Positions 27,248 to 38,045 are shown, counted from the first letter of the stretch. The stretch is 64,000 nucleotides of DNA from Candidatus Kapaibacterium sp. (GCA_963664875.1 OY761611.1:928001-992000), one strand, 5' to 3'. Program-made: numbers and translations. Notes: generated by a model not told the origin, from the sequence alone.

Positions 27248-27384
27248 CTTTACAAGCACTTAGTGCTTTTTATTTTTGTCATTTTTTGACAAATAAATAA
27301 ATTCAGTAGTTTGAAATATTGAAAAAATACAAAATAATTCTTGTTGTTTATTTCCAAAATAATTATTAGTTTTGTATTGTCTTA

Positions 27385-27459
27385 CGGGGCGTGGCGCAGT
27401 CCGGTTAGCGCGTCTGGTTTGGGACCAGAAGGCCGGAGGTTCGAATCCTCTCGCCCCGA
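27385..27459 (+). tRNA. tRNA-Pro (anticodon TGG), copy 2
   Basis: Identical 75 nt to copy 1. Confidence 0.95.
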
Positions 27460-27463
27460 CGCT

Positions 27464-27501
27464 AAAAAAAAGCGAATCTTGAATAAGGTTCGCTTTTTTT
27501 T
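27464..27501 (+). terminator. Intrinsic (bidirectional-type) terminator after the tRNAs
   Basis: A8-GCGAATCTT-gaat-AAGGTTCGC-T8. Confidence 0.85.
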
Positions 27502-27621
27502 CAATCTTTTATATTGACCGGCAAATTCACCCATAAGTTATGAGTGAAATGCCATCTCTTATTATTATCTTTAAAAACTTTGTTACCTCTATGAAATAGG
27601 ATTTGGGTTCCACTCTAAGTT

Positions 27622-28521
27622 TTATTCCGCTACTACGTTCAACTTCTCTAAGATAGCACTACGTACTTCCTCCATATACCACTGCGGAGTAGAAGTAGCC
27701 CCACTGATACCTACCCTTTCCACGCCATCGAACCATGATAAGTCAAGTTCTTCGTGTCTCTCAATAAAATAAGTATTGGGATTTGCATCTTTGCAGACAT
27801 AATACAAGCTCTTTCCATTGCTTGAATTTCTGCCTGCAACAAATATCATAATGTCATGTTCTTTTGCAAACTGAATAAGCGGCTCTTCTCTGCCTGATAC
27901 AAATTTGCAGATTGTGTGCTTTGTGAGGAAATTGCTTTCTTGCAATTCTCCTCCATCAACCAAATCTGTTATTCGCTTCTCCAAAGCATCTTTTATCGCA
28001 TAAAAAGTTGGCTTATCCATAGTGGTCTGCGAAAGCAACACAGTCTTCTTAGAAAAATCAACATTAGTTAGTGCTTCTTCAACAGACTGTACCACAATTG
28101 ACTCATTATTTGATACCCCGAGCAAGCCTTTTACTTCAGGGTGCTGAGGCTTCCCAAAAATGACAATCTGGAAATCATTTTCATGGAATTTTCGTACAGA
28201 TTGCTGTAAAGTCTGCACCAAAGGGCATGTAGCATCTATAATATGAATATTATTTTTGTCGGCTCTCTGATAAGTTGCAGGCGGTTCGCCATGGGCTCGG
28301 ATAATAACATTCGCATCTTTTGGAAGATTCTCAAAATCGTCGTGATCTATTGTTTTTAGACCTTTATCCGCAAGCCTTTTCACTTCCATCGGATTATGGA
28401 TTATTTCGCCCAATATATAAGTAGGAGTATTGGGATTTTTTTCAATAGTTTCCTCTACTATATCAATAGTACGAACCACTCCCCAACAAAAACCGGAAGA
28501 GTTATCTATATTTATCTGCAT
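27622..28521 (-). CDS. ispH: 4-hydroxy-3-methylbut-2-enyl diphosphate reductase
   Basis: GFCWGV, IIHN, IRAHG, DATCP, HPEV, QTT, SSNG, GATSTP. Confidence 0.95.
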   Translation of the reverse strand: MQINIDNSSGFCWGVVRTIDIVEETIEKNPNTPTYILGEIIHNPMEVKRLADKGLKTIDHDDFENLPKDANVIIRAHGEPPATYQRADKNNIHIIDATCPLVQTLQQSVRKFHENDFQIVIFGKPQHPEVKGLLGVSNNESIVVQSVEEALTNVDFSKKTVLLSQTTMDKPTFYAIKDALEKRITDLVDGGELQESNFLTKHTICKFVSGREEPLIQFAKEHDIMIFVAGRNSSNGKSLYYVCKDANPNTYFIERHEELDLSWFDGVERVGISGATSTPQWYMEEVRSAILEKLNVVAE

Positions 28522-28581
28522 TTATTTCTCAATATTATTAGACTATACAAAACTATATATTAGGCATAACGAATAATAGGA

Positions 28582-29256
28582 TTATAAATTATGCAATTTT
28601 GTTTGTACTAAATTATAAATTGTTTCGACCTGCTGCTCTATAGTCATTAGCGAAGTGTCAATTTCTATAGCATCTTCAGCTTTCATAAGAGGGCTATGCT
28701 CTCTTGTACTGTCAAAGTTATCTCTATCTGATATCTGTTGCTTGATCTCATCAAAATTTGCTTCCATGCCTTTTGCAAGCATCTCTTTAGTTCGTCTTTC
28801 CGCTCTTGCCTCTATAGTTGCATTTAAGAAAACCTTCAACTCAGCATTTGGAAATACAGCAGTACCAATATCGCGGCCATCCATTACTACTCCGCCCTTG
28901 TAACCCATTTCCCTTTGCAATGCTACCATAGTCTCTCTTACGTAGGGCAATGCACTGACAGGCGAAACTGCTTTAGTAACTTCAGTTGTCCTAATAGCGT
29001 CACTTACATCTTCCCCATCGAGATATGTTAGCTGGCCTCTACCTTCATTGATAAGTTCAATTTTTACACTGTCTATCAATGTTTTGGCATTTTCAGGACT
29101 TATAGGCAAGCCTGATTTAAGCCATGCCAAAGTTACTGCACGGTACATTGCTCCTGTGTCTATATATATATATCCGAGCTTTTCAGCAAGAATTTTTGCT
29201 GTGGTTGTTTTTCCTGAACCTGCCGGTCCATCGAGAGCGATTATTATTTTTTTCAT
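28582..29256 (-). CDS. cmk: Cytidylate kinase
   Basis: DGPAGSGKTT, DTGAMYR, DGRDIGT. Confidence 0.95.
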   Translation of the reverse strand: MKKIIIALDGPAGSGKTTTAKILAEKLGYIYIDTGAMYRAVTLAWLKSGLPISPENAKTLIDSVKIELINEGRGQLTYLDGEDVSDAIRTTEVTKAVSPVSALPYVRETMVALQREMGYKGGVVMDGRDIGTAVFPNAELKVFLNATIEARAERRTKEMLAKGMEANFDEIKQQISDRDNFDSTREHSPLMKAEDAIEIDTSLMTIEQQVETIYNLVQTKLHNL

Positions 29257-29258
29257 CT

Positions 29259-29963
29259 CTATTCAAATAAATTGAAAAAACTATTTTCTACAGATTTATA
29301 ATCTGAAAAATCATTGTATATCAAATCAGGGGAATCACTTTGCAACTCTTCGTAGCTGTATCTGCCGGTACAAACTGCAACTGATTTAATATCATTATAT
29401 TTTGCACACTCAATATCTCGCAAAGTATCTCCGATTATAAGAGTGTTTGCAGAGTTGAAAATTTCAGAATTGTGATACACATTTGCCTTATTTATGGCGA
29501 TTGGTGGTAAATAATTCCTATTTTCATGGTCATCTCCAAATGCACCGAAATGGAAGAGACTATGTAAATCATGTGCTTTCAGTTTCAAATAGGCATTTGC
29601 ACGAAAGTTACCGGTAATCAACCCCAATTCAACATCATTTCTTTGTAGCAATGATTTCAGTAAGTTATCTACTCCGGGGAGCAAGTCTATATAATCAGGA
29701 GTAGAATATCTCTCAAATTTTCTAAGAATAGCATCCCATACCTGAGGAAGTTTCGATTTTAATTCTACAAAGTTGACGCCTCGGTTTTCAGCCATTTTTC
29801 TCAGAATATATAAATCAGTTCTACCGTTGAAATCAGGCAGATGTGATTCGTCAAATTCTTCACCGAAAACTTCAGTCATAAGTTCAATAAACAATGATTT
29901 GGCTACACCATGCTGAAAATTCAGAATAGTTCCGTCTATATCAAAAAGGAATAAATACTTCAT
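29259..29963 (-). CDS. HAD-superfamily hydrolase
   Basis: LFDIDGT, ITGN, IGDTLRD. Confidence 0.9.
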   Translation of the reverse strand: MKYLFLFDIDGTILNFQHGVAKSLFIELMTEVFGEEFDESHLPDFNGRTDLYILRKMAENRGVNFVELKSKLPQVWDAILRKFERYSTPDYIDLLPGVDNLLKSLLQRNDVELGLITGNFRANAYLKLKAHDLHSLFHFGAFGDDHENRNYLPPIAINKANVYHNSEIFNSANTLIIGDTLRDIECAKYNDIKSVAVCTGRYSYEELQSDSPDLIYNDFSDYKSVENSFFNLFE

Positions 29964-29972
29964 ATCAAACTT

Positions 29973-30428
29973 TTAAAATGGTACTTCATCGCTAAAATCA
30001 TCTTCGCCGAGTACATGCTCAGAAAGATTAGGACCGATAGTACTTGCCTGTTCAGAAGTATCGGCAGGAGCATAATTACCACTTCCACCCTGATAATTGC
30101 CGGATGGTAGCAATACCATATTATTTACGAAGACCTCTGTCATATATCGGGTGATACCGTCTTTTTCGTAGCTTCGAGTTTTAAGTTTACCTTCAAGATA
30201 TACTTTGCTGCCTTTTTTCAGATATTGTCCGGCTACTTCGCCCAATCTGTTCCAAATGACAATATTATGCCAGTCGGTAACCTCTTGCCATGTGTCGTTT
30301 TTGTCTTTATATGTTTCAGTAGTCGCAAGTGAAAAGTTGCAAACTGTAGCACCTGATGGAGTTGTGCGAACTTCAGGGTCTTTTCCAAGGTTGCCTATAA
30401 GGGTAACTCTGTTTAAACTTTTTGCCAT
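29973..30428 (-). CDS. ssb: Single-stranded DNA-binding protein
   Basis: NRVTLIGNLGKDPE, KGSKVYLEGKL, acidic DEVPF tail. Confidence 0.96.
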   Translation of the reverse strand: MAKSLNRVTLIGNLGKDPEVRTTPSGATVCNFSLATTETYKDKNDTWQEVTDWHNIVIWNRLGEVAGQYLKKGSKVYLEGKLKTRSYEKDGITRYMTEVFVNNMVLLPSGNYQGGSGNYAPADTSEQASTIGPNLSEHVLGEDDFSDEVPF

Positions 30429-30492
30429 TATTTTATCTCCTTTATGTTACTCAGATGATTTCTAAAAGTATTTATATTATTATTATTGTACT

Positions 30493-31293
30493 CTAATAGT
30501 AAATTAGCTGAAAGCCGTAGCCGAAATAAGAATCTTTCGTATTGTAAAACATTCCGTGCATACTATTACCATGATAAGAGTAAATTCCTGTAAAAATCCC
30601 GAAATGGTTTGATATTTTGGCTATTACTCCGGCTTGCGAAGAATGAATGGCAGAAGCAACTCCGTTTTGACCGTCGAGTTTCAAATCATAGCCAATTACA
30701 AAATCAAATATACTGCTGATTGGCTTTTGCCAATCAAAACCAATTTGTGGTATCACTTTGTTTATATCTTCAGGCTGATAGGAAAATACAAATGTAGCAC
30801 CGATATATGGTCTAAGACCAGAATAATCCATAGCTAAAACTATATCAAGAAATTCTCTGCTGTAAACAAAAGGTTCCTGAAAGAAAACACTCTTATCTGA
30901 ATACCCGTCAACAAGATGCGAAGAAATATGCGAAAGTCTCGCCCTTCCCTCTAAAGCTATTGATTCGAGCTCTAATCGACATGAATAATTCAATCCGAAA
31001 AAGTAATCAGATGTTTCCACCGGAAACTTGAAACGCCCTTCTGACCTTAGTCTTGTATAAGTAAAAAAATCCGCACCTAATGCCGATTTGAATTTACTTA
31101 ATGTATCTTCAGTTCCAAACCTTACCATATCGAAAGATGCCCCTATATCAAGTCGAAGTCTGTCATCTTCTTCTTCATAAACTGTACCTATCCTTGGTTC
31201 GAATGGATTGGCGGTCAATGGTTTGAATAAAAGCTCTGTGGCATCAGCCTTATAAATGCAAAGTAGAAATAAAAGATAAAATAAGCGTTTCAT
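30493..31293 (-). CDS. DUF1207-like outer-membrane protein
   Basis: Signal peptide; FKPLTANPFEPR, HISSHLVD; aromatic C-terminus. Confidence 0.65.
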   Translation of the reverse strand: MKRLFYLLFLLCIYKADATELLFKPLTANPFEPRIGTVYEEEDDRLRLDIGASFDMVRFGTEDTLSKFKSALGADFFTYTRLRSEGRFKFPVETSDYFFGLNYSCRLELESIALEGRARLSHISSHLVDGYSDKSVFFQEPFVYSREFLDIVLAMDYSGLRPYIGATFVFSYQPEDINKVIPQIGFDWQKPISSIFDFVIGYDLKLDGQNGVASAIHSSQAGVIAKISNHFGIFTGIYSYHGNSMHGMFYNTKDSYFGYGFQLIYY

Positions 31294-31313
31294 AACAATT
31301 CCATACTCTCCAT

Positions 31314-31336
31314 AAAAAAAGCCGCTCAGCGGCTTT
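31314..31336 (-). terminator. Intrinsic terminator after wbaP
   Basis: AAAGCCGC-tca-GCGGCTTT with a T-run on the minus strand. Confidence 0.75.
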
Positions 31337-31362
31337 GATTTATCTAATATATAAGCATTTTC

Positions 31363-32838
31363 TTAATATCCGCTATTACCGGTAATTATTACACTAATTG
31401 TTCGAACAAAAATGTAAAAATCAAGGAACATAGACCAGTTACGAATATAATAAACATCTGTCAGATTTCTTTCTTCAAATGAGCTGGCATTTCTATCCGT
31501 TACCTGCCACAAGCCGCTAATACCGGGTTTAACTTTCAAAATGATCTCATCATGACCATTCATTTTCTCTTTTTCCCAAGGCATATAAGCTCGAGGTCCG
31601 ATTAGGCTCATCTCACCTCTGATTACGTTTATAAATTGAGGAAGTTCGTCTAAACTGAATTTTCTCAGAATTTTGCCTACTCTTGTTAATCTTGGATCGT
31701 CTTTAAGCTTATGATAAATTTCGTATTCCATTTTCAAAGCGGGATTTTTGTCAAGCAAATCTGCCAATCTTTGCTCTGCATCAATGTGCATTGTCCTAAA
31801 TTTAACAATTTTGAACCTTGTATCATCTTTGCCCATTCTTTCTTGTTTAAAGAAAATATTTCCTTTGGAATCAAGCCAAATCATAATGGAAATGAATAGA
31901 ATCAAAGGAGATACTGCCAAACAAAGGACACCGGCAAATGTAAGGTCAAACAACCTTTTCGCCATCAAGGCAGATTTTCTGAGTAGCTTTTGCTGTACTT
32001 CCAATCCAAGAATACCGCCTAAGTCACGAGTAGAAACCCACAAAGACGATAAACCAAATAAGTTTGGAATTACTGTTACATGCGAGAAATAATTAGAATA
32101 GCGTCTGATAATTTGTTCCTGCTTTTTGCTTTCGACTTTAGGCATAGCAATTATAGCATGATCTACTCTCAATTTAGAAGATATTTCCGGGATGACATCT
32201 AATCCGCCAATTACAGGTATAGAGTCAATATATCCCCATCTGTCAATATCATCATCGACAGCAACTACAGGACGTAGCCCTATGTAGCTGTGCTTTTTGA
32301 GCGAGGTAATAATTGTTTCGCCTGTTTTGCCTGCACCTATGATTATCACAGGAATGCCCCACCAGCTTTTACAAGCGACAAACTTCCTTATCATCGACCT
32401 TCCCAGCGGCAAAATCAATAAAGAAGCTGCCCACGAGATTATAAACATAAATCGGGAAAACTCACCATCTTTAACTAAAAATGTAAGTCCGGCGAGCAGT
32501 GCAAAGACAATCGACGTACTATAAGTAATGGAACGTAGTTCCTCTATAACGTCTATACCAAATCCCGGATAAAGACCTTTTAGATAAAATGCCAATGGGA
32601 ATAATGGCAATATGAGCGAAATCACAGAGGAATAAAGACTCCAGTCTGCATTTTCAGGCATCATAAGGTCTCTTAAATAAAGAGATGTGAACATGGCAAA
32701 AGCAACACAAAGCAAATCGATACTAATCAAAGTGGCAGATGCAGCGAGTTTCCTGAGAAAAATACTTTTTCTCGGTATTGCCTTTACATCCTTCGATTTA
32801 AGTAAATCGGTTAACTGTTTTAACGATAAAGTTTCCAT
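31363..32838 (-). CDS. wbaP: Undecaprenyl-phosphate sugar phosphotransferase (WbaP family)
   Basis: N-terminal TM segments, KRLFD, KFRTM, DPRLTRVG, SLDELPQF, MSLIGPR, KPGISGLWQV. Confidence 0.9.
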   Translation of the reverse strand: METLSLKQLTDLLKSKDVKAIPRKSIFLRKLAASATLISIDLLCVAFAMFTSLYLRDLMMPENADWSLYSSVISLILPLFPLAFYLKGLYPGFGIDVIEELRSITYSTSIVFALLAGLTFLVKDGEFSRFMFIISWAASLLILPLGRSMIRKFVACKSWWGIPVIIIGAGKTGETIITSLKKHSYIGLRPVVAVDDDIDRWGYIDSIPVIGGLDVIPEISSKLRVDHAIIAMPKVESKKQEQIIRRYSNYFSHVTVIPNLFGLSSLWVSTRDLGGILGLEVQQKLLRKSALMAKRLFDLTFAGVLCLAVSPLILFISIMIWLDSKGNIFFKQERMGKDDTRFKIVKFRTMHIDAEQRLADLLDKNPALKMEYEIYHKLKDDPRLTRVGKILRKFSLDELPQFINVIRGEMSLIGPRAYMPWEKEKMNGHDEIILKVKPGISGLWQVTDRNASSFEERNLTDVYYIRNWSMFLDFYIFVRTISVIITGNSGY

Positions 32839-32941
32839 TACATCAAATTAGGTAGTAAAAAAATTCAATAACTCTCTCCCGGAAAAAAACACTTGGGTGA
32901 AAAAAAGAATCAAATGTCTCAAATGCTAATACACCCCTTTT

Positions 32942-32957
32942 AGCAAAAAGTTTACCA
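32942..32957 (-). promoter_or_regulatory. Candidate sigma-54 (-24/-12) promoter upstream of wbaP
   Basis: Minus strand TGGTAAACTTTTTGCT: GG-N10-GC spacing, about 100 bp upstream of the ATG. Confidence 0.5.
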
Positions 32958-32988
32958 AAAGGGGAGCATCATCAAAAATATCTTGTAC

Positions 32989-33768
32989 TTAGCGGTAAAT
33001 ACCACGAGTAGAGTTTTCTATGAACGAAATACATCCTTGAACTTCAGGCAATATTTCGGGATTGTTCGCTTTATAGTTAGCGATACCGTCACGATTATTA
33101 AATCCTGAAAACAGGAGAGTATCGTAAAAAGCCTGAATTTTGTTTATCGTTTCGTTTTCAAAGCCTCTTCGGCGAAGGCCTACTTTATTTATTCCTTCGA
33201 CCTGAGCCGGCTTTCTGCCAATAAGAGTATATGGAGCCACATCTTTTACTAGAAGCACGTCAGCACCAATCATTGCATGAGCACCGACTGTGCAGAACTG
33301 GTGTACTTTGGCTACACCGCCAAGAACTACCCAATCTTCAATATGCACATGCCCTGCTAACTGCACGAGATTGGACATAATAACATTGTCACCGACAATA
33401 CAGTCATGAGCGACGTGGCAGTATGTCATAATCAAACAGTCACTTCCAACTTTTGTAACACCTGTGCTGTCTGTGCCACGATTGATAGTAGCAAATTCCC
33501 TTACTACTGTTCTATCGCCCACAAAGGCATAAGTAGCTTCACCTTTAAATTTCAAATCTTGAGGCTCGGTAGCAATCACTGCACCGTTGCAAATCACACA
33601 ATCTTTACCGATTCTTGTCCCGTTTGCAAGGACAACATTTGAACGGATTTCCGTATTATCTCCGATGATTACATCGTCTTGGATAATAGAAAACGGCCCG
33701 ACTTTTACATTTTCACCTATAGTTGCTTTTTCGGAAACTATGGCAGTCGGATGTATCAATTCTCTCAT
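32989..33768 (-). CDS. lpxA: UDP-N-acetylglucosamine acyltransferase
   Basis: IHPTAIV, PQDLKF, REFATINRGT, HVAHDC, LAGHV, HQF. Confidence 0.95.
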   Translation of the reverse strand: MRELIHPTAIVSEKATIGENVKVGPFSIIQDDVIIGDNTEIRSNVVLANGTRIGKDCVICNGAVIATEPQDLKFKGEATYAFVGDRTVVREFATINRGTDSTGVTKVGSDCLIMTYCHVAHDCIVGDNVIMSNLVQLAGHVHIEDWVVLGGVAKVHQFCTVGAHAMIGADVLLVKDVAPYTLIGRKPAQVEGINKVGLRRRGFENETINKIQAFYDTLLFSGFNNRDGIANYKANNPEILPEVQGCISFIENSTRGIYR

Positions 33769-35165
33769 AATTCACCATCCACTAATGCTACCTGAAACTC
33801 GGATTCGGCCGCGATGTTGCCATCTACCATAGCCACACCCTGCATCCAATATGTATTAAATCTTTTATTTACCATTTTGACTTCCATCACTAATTGGTCA
33901 CCCGGCAAAACAGGCTTTCTAAACTTAGCACTTTTTATGCCCATAAACAAAGCCAATCTTCCGTTTAACTCACCTACTTCCTGCAACAACAACATTCCGC
34001 CTACCTGAGCCATTGCCTCACAAATAAGTACTCCCGGCATTACAGGTTTCTGTGGAAAATGTCCCGGGAAAAATGGTTCGTTGACAGTTACATTTTTATA
34101 ACCTATGATTTCTTTTTTCTCAGTATCAAGGTGAGTGATTCTATCTACTAACAAAAACGGATAGCGATGTGGGAGGAACTGTTTAATTTGGTCAACATCC
34201 ATCACGACTTGTTTGTTTTTGTTAGGTAAGTATTTTTCTTTTTGTTTTTTCTCTAAATATTTTTGTCTAATCAACTTAGAAAATTCGTAGTTGCTTGCGT
34301 GTCCCGGTCTTGCAGCCAATATCTGTCCTTTGACAGGAACTCCTATCAGAGTCATATCGCCTATCATATCGAGCAATTTGTGTCGTGCGGGTTCATTTTT
34401 AAATCTCAAAGGTGTATCGTTTAAGATACCGCTCTGCCCTATTTTAGGAGCTTCCTGCAGATTAAAAATTGATTTAATATTGTCCAATTCCTCATCATTC
34501 ATCTCTTTATCGACAATAACAAGGGCACTATCCAAACTTCCGCCTTTTATTAGGTCATGTTTGCGAAGCATTTCGACTTCTGTAAGAAAGCAAAACGTCC
34601 TTGCAGGTGCAAATTCTGTTACAAATTCTTTTTCTAAATCGAAAAGTCCTGTATGCTGGCTACCCAATGCAGGATTGAAGTAGTCAACCATAACTGTAAC
34701 TCTGTAGTTGTTATTAGGAAGAGCTACTATTTCCACATGCTTTTCTTCGTTTGAGTATGAGATTGTTTCTTCTATTTCAAAATACTCACGCTCTGCGTCT
34801 AATTGTTTTATGCCTGCCGTTTGTAAGGCTTGGACATAAGGCATCGAACTCCCATCTACAACCGGTGGTTCGTTTGCTGATAATTCTATAAGGCAGTTAT
34901 CTATTTTCAAACCGGCTAATGCAGCTAATACATGCTCTACAGTATGAACTTTGACATCATCTATACCAAGAGTAGTTCCGCGTGACAAATCCACAACATA
35001 ATCAACCAAAGCAGGTATTTCTACTTTTTCTGCTAAGTCTGTACGTACAAATTTATAACCATGATTTGCCGGAGCAGGATGAAATGTAATTTTTGAAGTA
35101 TTGCCGGTATGTAAACCAATTCCTTCGAATGACACTGACTGTGCGATAGTTGTTTGCTTTTCCAT
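33765..35165 (-). CDS. lpxC: Bifunctional LpxC deacetylase / FabZ dehydratase
   Basis: GLHTG, TVEH, APARTF, HKLLD followed by [23 protein letters not shown]; start placed at MEKQTT. Confidence 0.95.
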   Translation of the reverse strand: MEKQTTIAQSVSFEGIGLHTGNTSKITFHPAPANHGYKFVRTDLAEKVEIPALVDYVVDLSRGTTLGIDDVKVHTVEHVLAALAGLKIDNCLIELSANEPPVVDGSSMPYVQALQTAGIKQLDAEREYFEIEETISYSNEEKHVEIVALPNNNYRVTVMVDYFNPALGSQHTGLFDLEKEFVTEFAPARTFCFLTEVEMLRKHDLIKGGSLDSALVIVDKEMNDEELDNIKSIFNLQEAPKIGQSGILNDTPLRFKNEPARHKLLDMIGDMTLIGVPVKGQILAARPGHASNYEFSKLIRQKYLEKKQKEKYLPNKNKQVVMDVDQIKQFLPHRYPFLLVDRITHLDTEKKEIIGYKNVTVNEPFFPGHFPQKPVMPGVLICEAMAQVGGMLLLQEVGELNGRLALFMGIKSAKFRKPVLPGDQLVMEVKMVNKRFNTYWMQGVAMVDGNIAAESEFQVALVDGEL

Positions 35166-35561
35166 TAACTTACAGTGTTGTTTATAAAAACTCAATTAAC
35201 AATATTGTAGTTTAATACGTCCAACAAAAATAAGAATAATGTTCAACAATTCTAAATAATTCTATCCACATTGAGGTAAAACTACTTAAAATCTATACAA
35301 ATGATTGCTCTAATCACAAGACTAGTTCCAACTAAGGGATTTTACTTAGTAAAATACTAACTTATACAAGCAAGATTGTTTTTCAATCAACAAATCAATT
35401 TTCTATCTCTATAATCGAATTTTATATCTAAATTCAAGTAATAAATGCAACACTTAGATTAGACGTTATCGAAGAAAAGCATAATTTTTTTCAAAACAGG
35501 AAAGCAGAAAGGCACAATAAAAAAGCAATAATATATAAAATTGACATAAGAATTTCTCCTT

Positions 35562-35593
35562 AAAAAAAAACGGAGGGTATTCGCCCTCCGTTT
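35562..35593 (-). terminator. Intrinsic terminator after iorB
   Basis: AAACGGAGGG-tattcg-CCCTCCGTTT with a T-run on the minus strand. Confidence 0.8.
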
Positions 35594-35661
35594 GCATTTA
35601 TTTGACGATATTAAATTTTACTGTGTCAAACAAGTGAAGAGATAGTGTATTGACTGAATAA

Positions 35662-36243
35662 CTAAATATTCTTATCAGCAAATTCTCTTCCTGCTCTCAA
35701 AGCAGCTATATTGTCATTTAGTATTTTTTCTCCTTTACTGCCAAATAGAGTGTGGAGAGATTTTTCAAGAGCTTCCATCTCCATTCCGAGTACTTTGGAA
35801 GCAGCACCAAGTGTTACGATGTTTGCAGCCTTTGGAGCGCCTAAATCTTTAGCAATTCTGTCTGCATCGAGAGCAACACGATTTGGCTGTTTATCTATTT
35901 CTGCAAGAACTTCTTCCATGTCAGGATAGTTAGGAATATTTACAAAAGGTGTTGTATTCGTAATGAGCCATCCGTCAGGAGCCAGGAACGGCAAATAACG
36001 CAATGCTTCCATAGGCTCAACAGCAATAATCAAATCCGCTCTGCCTTCTGGAATAAGGTCAGAATTTATAGGCTTGTCCGATAGACGGAAGTGAGACTGA
36101 ACATCGCCACCTCTCTGGCTCATGCCATGCACTTCAGCCTGTTTGAGGTAGAGATTAGAAGCTACTGCTGCATAACCTATAGTTGCTGCAATGGTTAGAA
36201 TACCCTGTCCGCCTACGCCTGCTAAAATAATATCTTTTTTCAT
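35662..36243 (-). CDS. iorB: Indolepyruvate:ferredoxin oxidoreductase beta subunit
   Basis: AGVGGQG, EVHGMSQRGG, EALRY. Confidence 0.92.
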   Translation of the reverse strand: MKKDIILAGVGGQGILTIAATIGYAAVASNLYLKQAEVHGMSQRGGDVQSHFRLSDKPINSDLIPEGRADLIIAVEPMEALRYLPFLAPDGWLITNTTPFVNIPNYPDMEEVLAEIDKQPNRVALDADRIAKDLGAPKAANIVTLGAASKVLGMEMEALEKSLHTLFGSKGEKILNDNIAALRAGREFADKNI

Positions 36244-36275
36244 ATTCGTATCGTATTCTTATTTGTTATTAAAAA

Positions 36276-37880
36276 CTATTTAGATTTCTTCGCAGCACGT
36301 TTTGATTTAGTCAAAGTAACTAAACATTCGCGGCGAGGGATAATTACAGAAACACCTTCGTAAGCTAATTCTTTTTTGATTAGTTCTACGTTAGCTTCAT
36401 GTTCTTTCTTCACAGGATTGATTACATGTAAGTGCTCTTTTTCTACACCAAGACCAAGGCAAATTTGCTCAAGTCTTCCAAGTGCAGATGATTTTTGTCC
36501 ACCTGTCATGCCGGTAGTTTCATTATCCAAAATCATAATAGTTACAGGAGTTTTGTCATTTATACAATCCAAAAGACCTGTCATGCCTGAGTGAGTAAAA
36601 GTAGAGTCACCAATAACACCTACTACCGGATGCATACCGGCATCAGCAGCACCTTTCGCCATTGTAACAGATGCTCCCATATCTACGCAAGAGTTGATAG
36701 CATTATAAGGCTCTAAGGCACCAAGAGTATAGCAGCCAATGTCAGACATCACTCTACCATCGCCATGCTCAGCAAGGGCTTCATTTAATGCATTATAAGA
36801 GAAAATGTGTGGGCAACCATCGCAAAGTTTTGGAGGGCGAGGCTTCACAATATCAGGTACCGGATTGCCTTTAGTAATTTCTTTGCCCATAGCTTTTGCA
36901 ACGATATTCGGATTAAGCTCGCCGTCTCTTGGAAGTAATCCGTCTAATCGACCACGTACATTAACGCCTTTGTCCAAAAATCCTCTAAGCATTTCTTCTA
37001 CGATAGGATAACCTTCTTCGAAGATATAAATTTGCTCTACTTCCTCAGCCATTTTCTCAACCATTTTTTTAGGAAGAGGGTACTGAGTTATTTTTAAAAC
37101 AGGGTGAGGTACATTGCCATCAGTATAGTTTTCCATTAGATAATTATAAGCTATACCGGTAGTAATGATACCGATTTTTTTATCTTCAGCATCAATATAT
37201 TTATTGAATCCGCTGTTTTCACTTGCATCTTCAAAATTTTTCTGATTGTCTAAGAGTAATTTGTATCTTTTCCTTGCAATAGCAGGAAGAAGCACAAATT
37301 GCTTTAAATCTTGAGGCAGTTTGGCTTCGTTTTGATTTTTTGTTTCTTTTCTGATAACATCAGCTCTTGAGTGAGCAAGTCTTGTTGTAATTCTCATTAG
37401 AACAGGAGTGCCAAATTTTTCACTCAATTCATAGCCATAGTGGCACATGTCATAAGCTTCCTGCTGATTAGAAGGTTCTAATACAGGCAACATAGCAAAT
37501 TTGCCAAAATAGCGCGAATCTTGTTCGTTTTGAGAAGAGTGCATAGAAGGATCATCTGCTGAAACAAATATCAAGCCACCATTAGCTCCTGTAACTGCAG
37601 AGTTCATAAATGCGTCAGCAGCAACGTTTAGACCAACGTGTTTTTGGCATACCATAGCTCTTTTGCCGGCATAAGACATACCAATAGCAGCTTCCATAGC
37701 AGTTTTTTCGTTAGCTGACCAAGCAGATCGTACTCCTGCTTCGCGAGCTTGTTTAGATCTTTGAACATACTCGGTGATTTCTGTAGAAGGAGTCCCCGGA
37801 TAAGCATAAATACCGGAAATGCCGGCATCTAATGCACCCTGAGCGATAGCTTCATCACCTAATAACAATAACTTTTCCAT
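36276..37880 (-). CDS. iorA: Indolepyruvate:ferredoxin oxidoreductase alpha subunit
   Basis: YPGTPSTE, NEK, KHVGLNVAAD, SSQNEQD, DIGCY, GDSTF TPP motif. Confidence 0.93.
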   Translation of the reverse strand: MEKLLLLGDEAIAQGALDAGISGIYAYPGTPSTEITEYVQRSKQAREAGVRSAWSANEKTAMEAAIGMSYAGKRAMVCQKHVGLNVAADAFMNSAVTGANGGLIFVSADDPSMHSSQNEQDSRYFGKFAMLPVLEPSNQQEAYDMCHYGYELSEKFGTPVLMRITTRLAHSRADVIRKETKNQNEAKLPQDLKQFVLLPAIARKRYKLLLDNQKNFEDASENSGFNKYIDAEDKKIGIITTGIAYNYLMENYTDGNVPHPVLKITQYPLPKKMVEKMAEEVEQIYIFEEGYPIVEEMLRGFLDKGVNVRGRLDGLLPRDGELNPNIVAKAMGKEITKGNPVPDIVKPRPPKLCDGCPHIFSYNALNEALAEHGDGRVMSDIGCYTLGALEPYNAINSCVDMGASVTMAKGAADAGMHPVVGVIGDSTFTHSGMTGLLDCINDKTPVTIMILDNETTGMTGGQKSSALGRLEQICLGLGVEKEHLHVINPVKKEHEANVELIKKELAYEGVSVIIPRRECLVTLTKSKRAAKKSK

Positions 37881-38045
37881 TTATAGACCAATTTATCGTA
37901 GATAAAACAATTTTCAACTAAGACAAAATAAGAAAAATCGTTAAAGAAGTGAATTTAAAGAATTTAATAGAAAGAAACAATAAAAAAGACTGCCCCGTTT
38001 TGTGAGGCAGCCTTAGTTTTAATATCAGAGTTGGTATTTGATATT

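Noticed and set aside
27520-27553. Imperfect palindrome GGCAAATTCACCCATAAGTTATGAGTGAAATGCC as a REP or IS200/IS605 end
   Set aside because: Only one copy was seen and there is no transposase; it is more simply a 3' hairpin of the ispH transcript.
33765-35165. lpxC-fabZ fusion as a novelty
   Set aside because: This fusion is well known in Bacteroidota/Chlorobiota-related lineages; it is useful only as a taxonomic hint.
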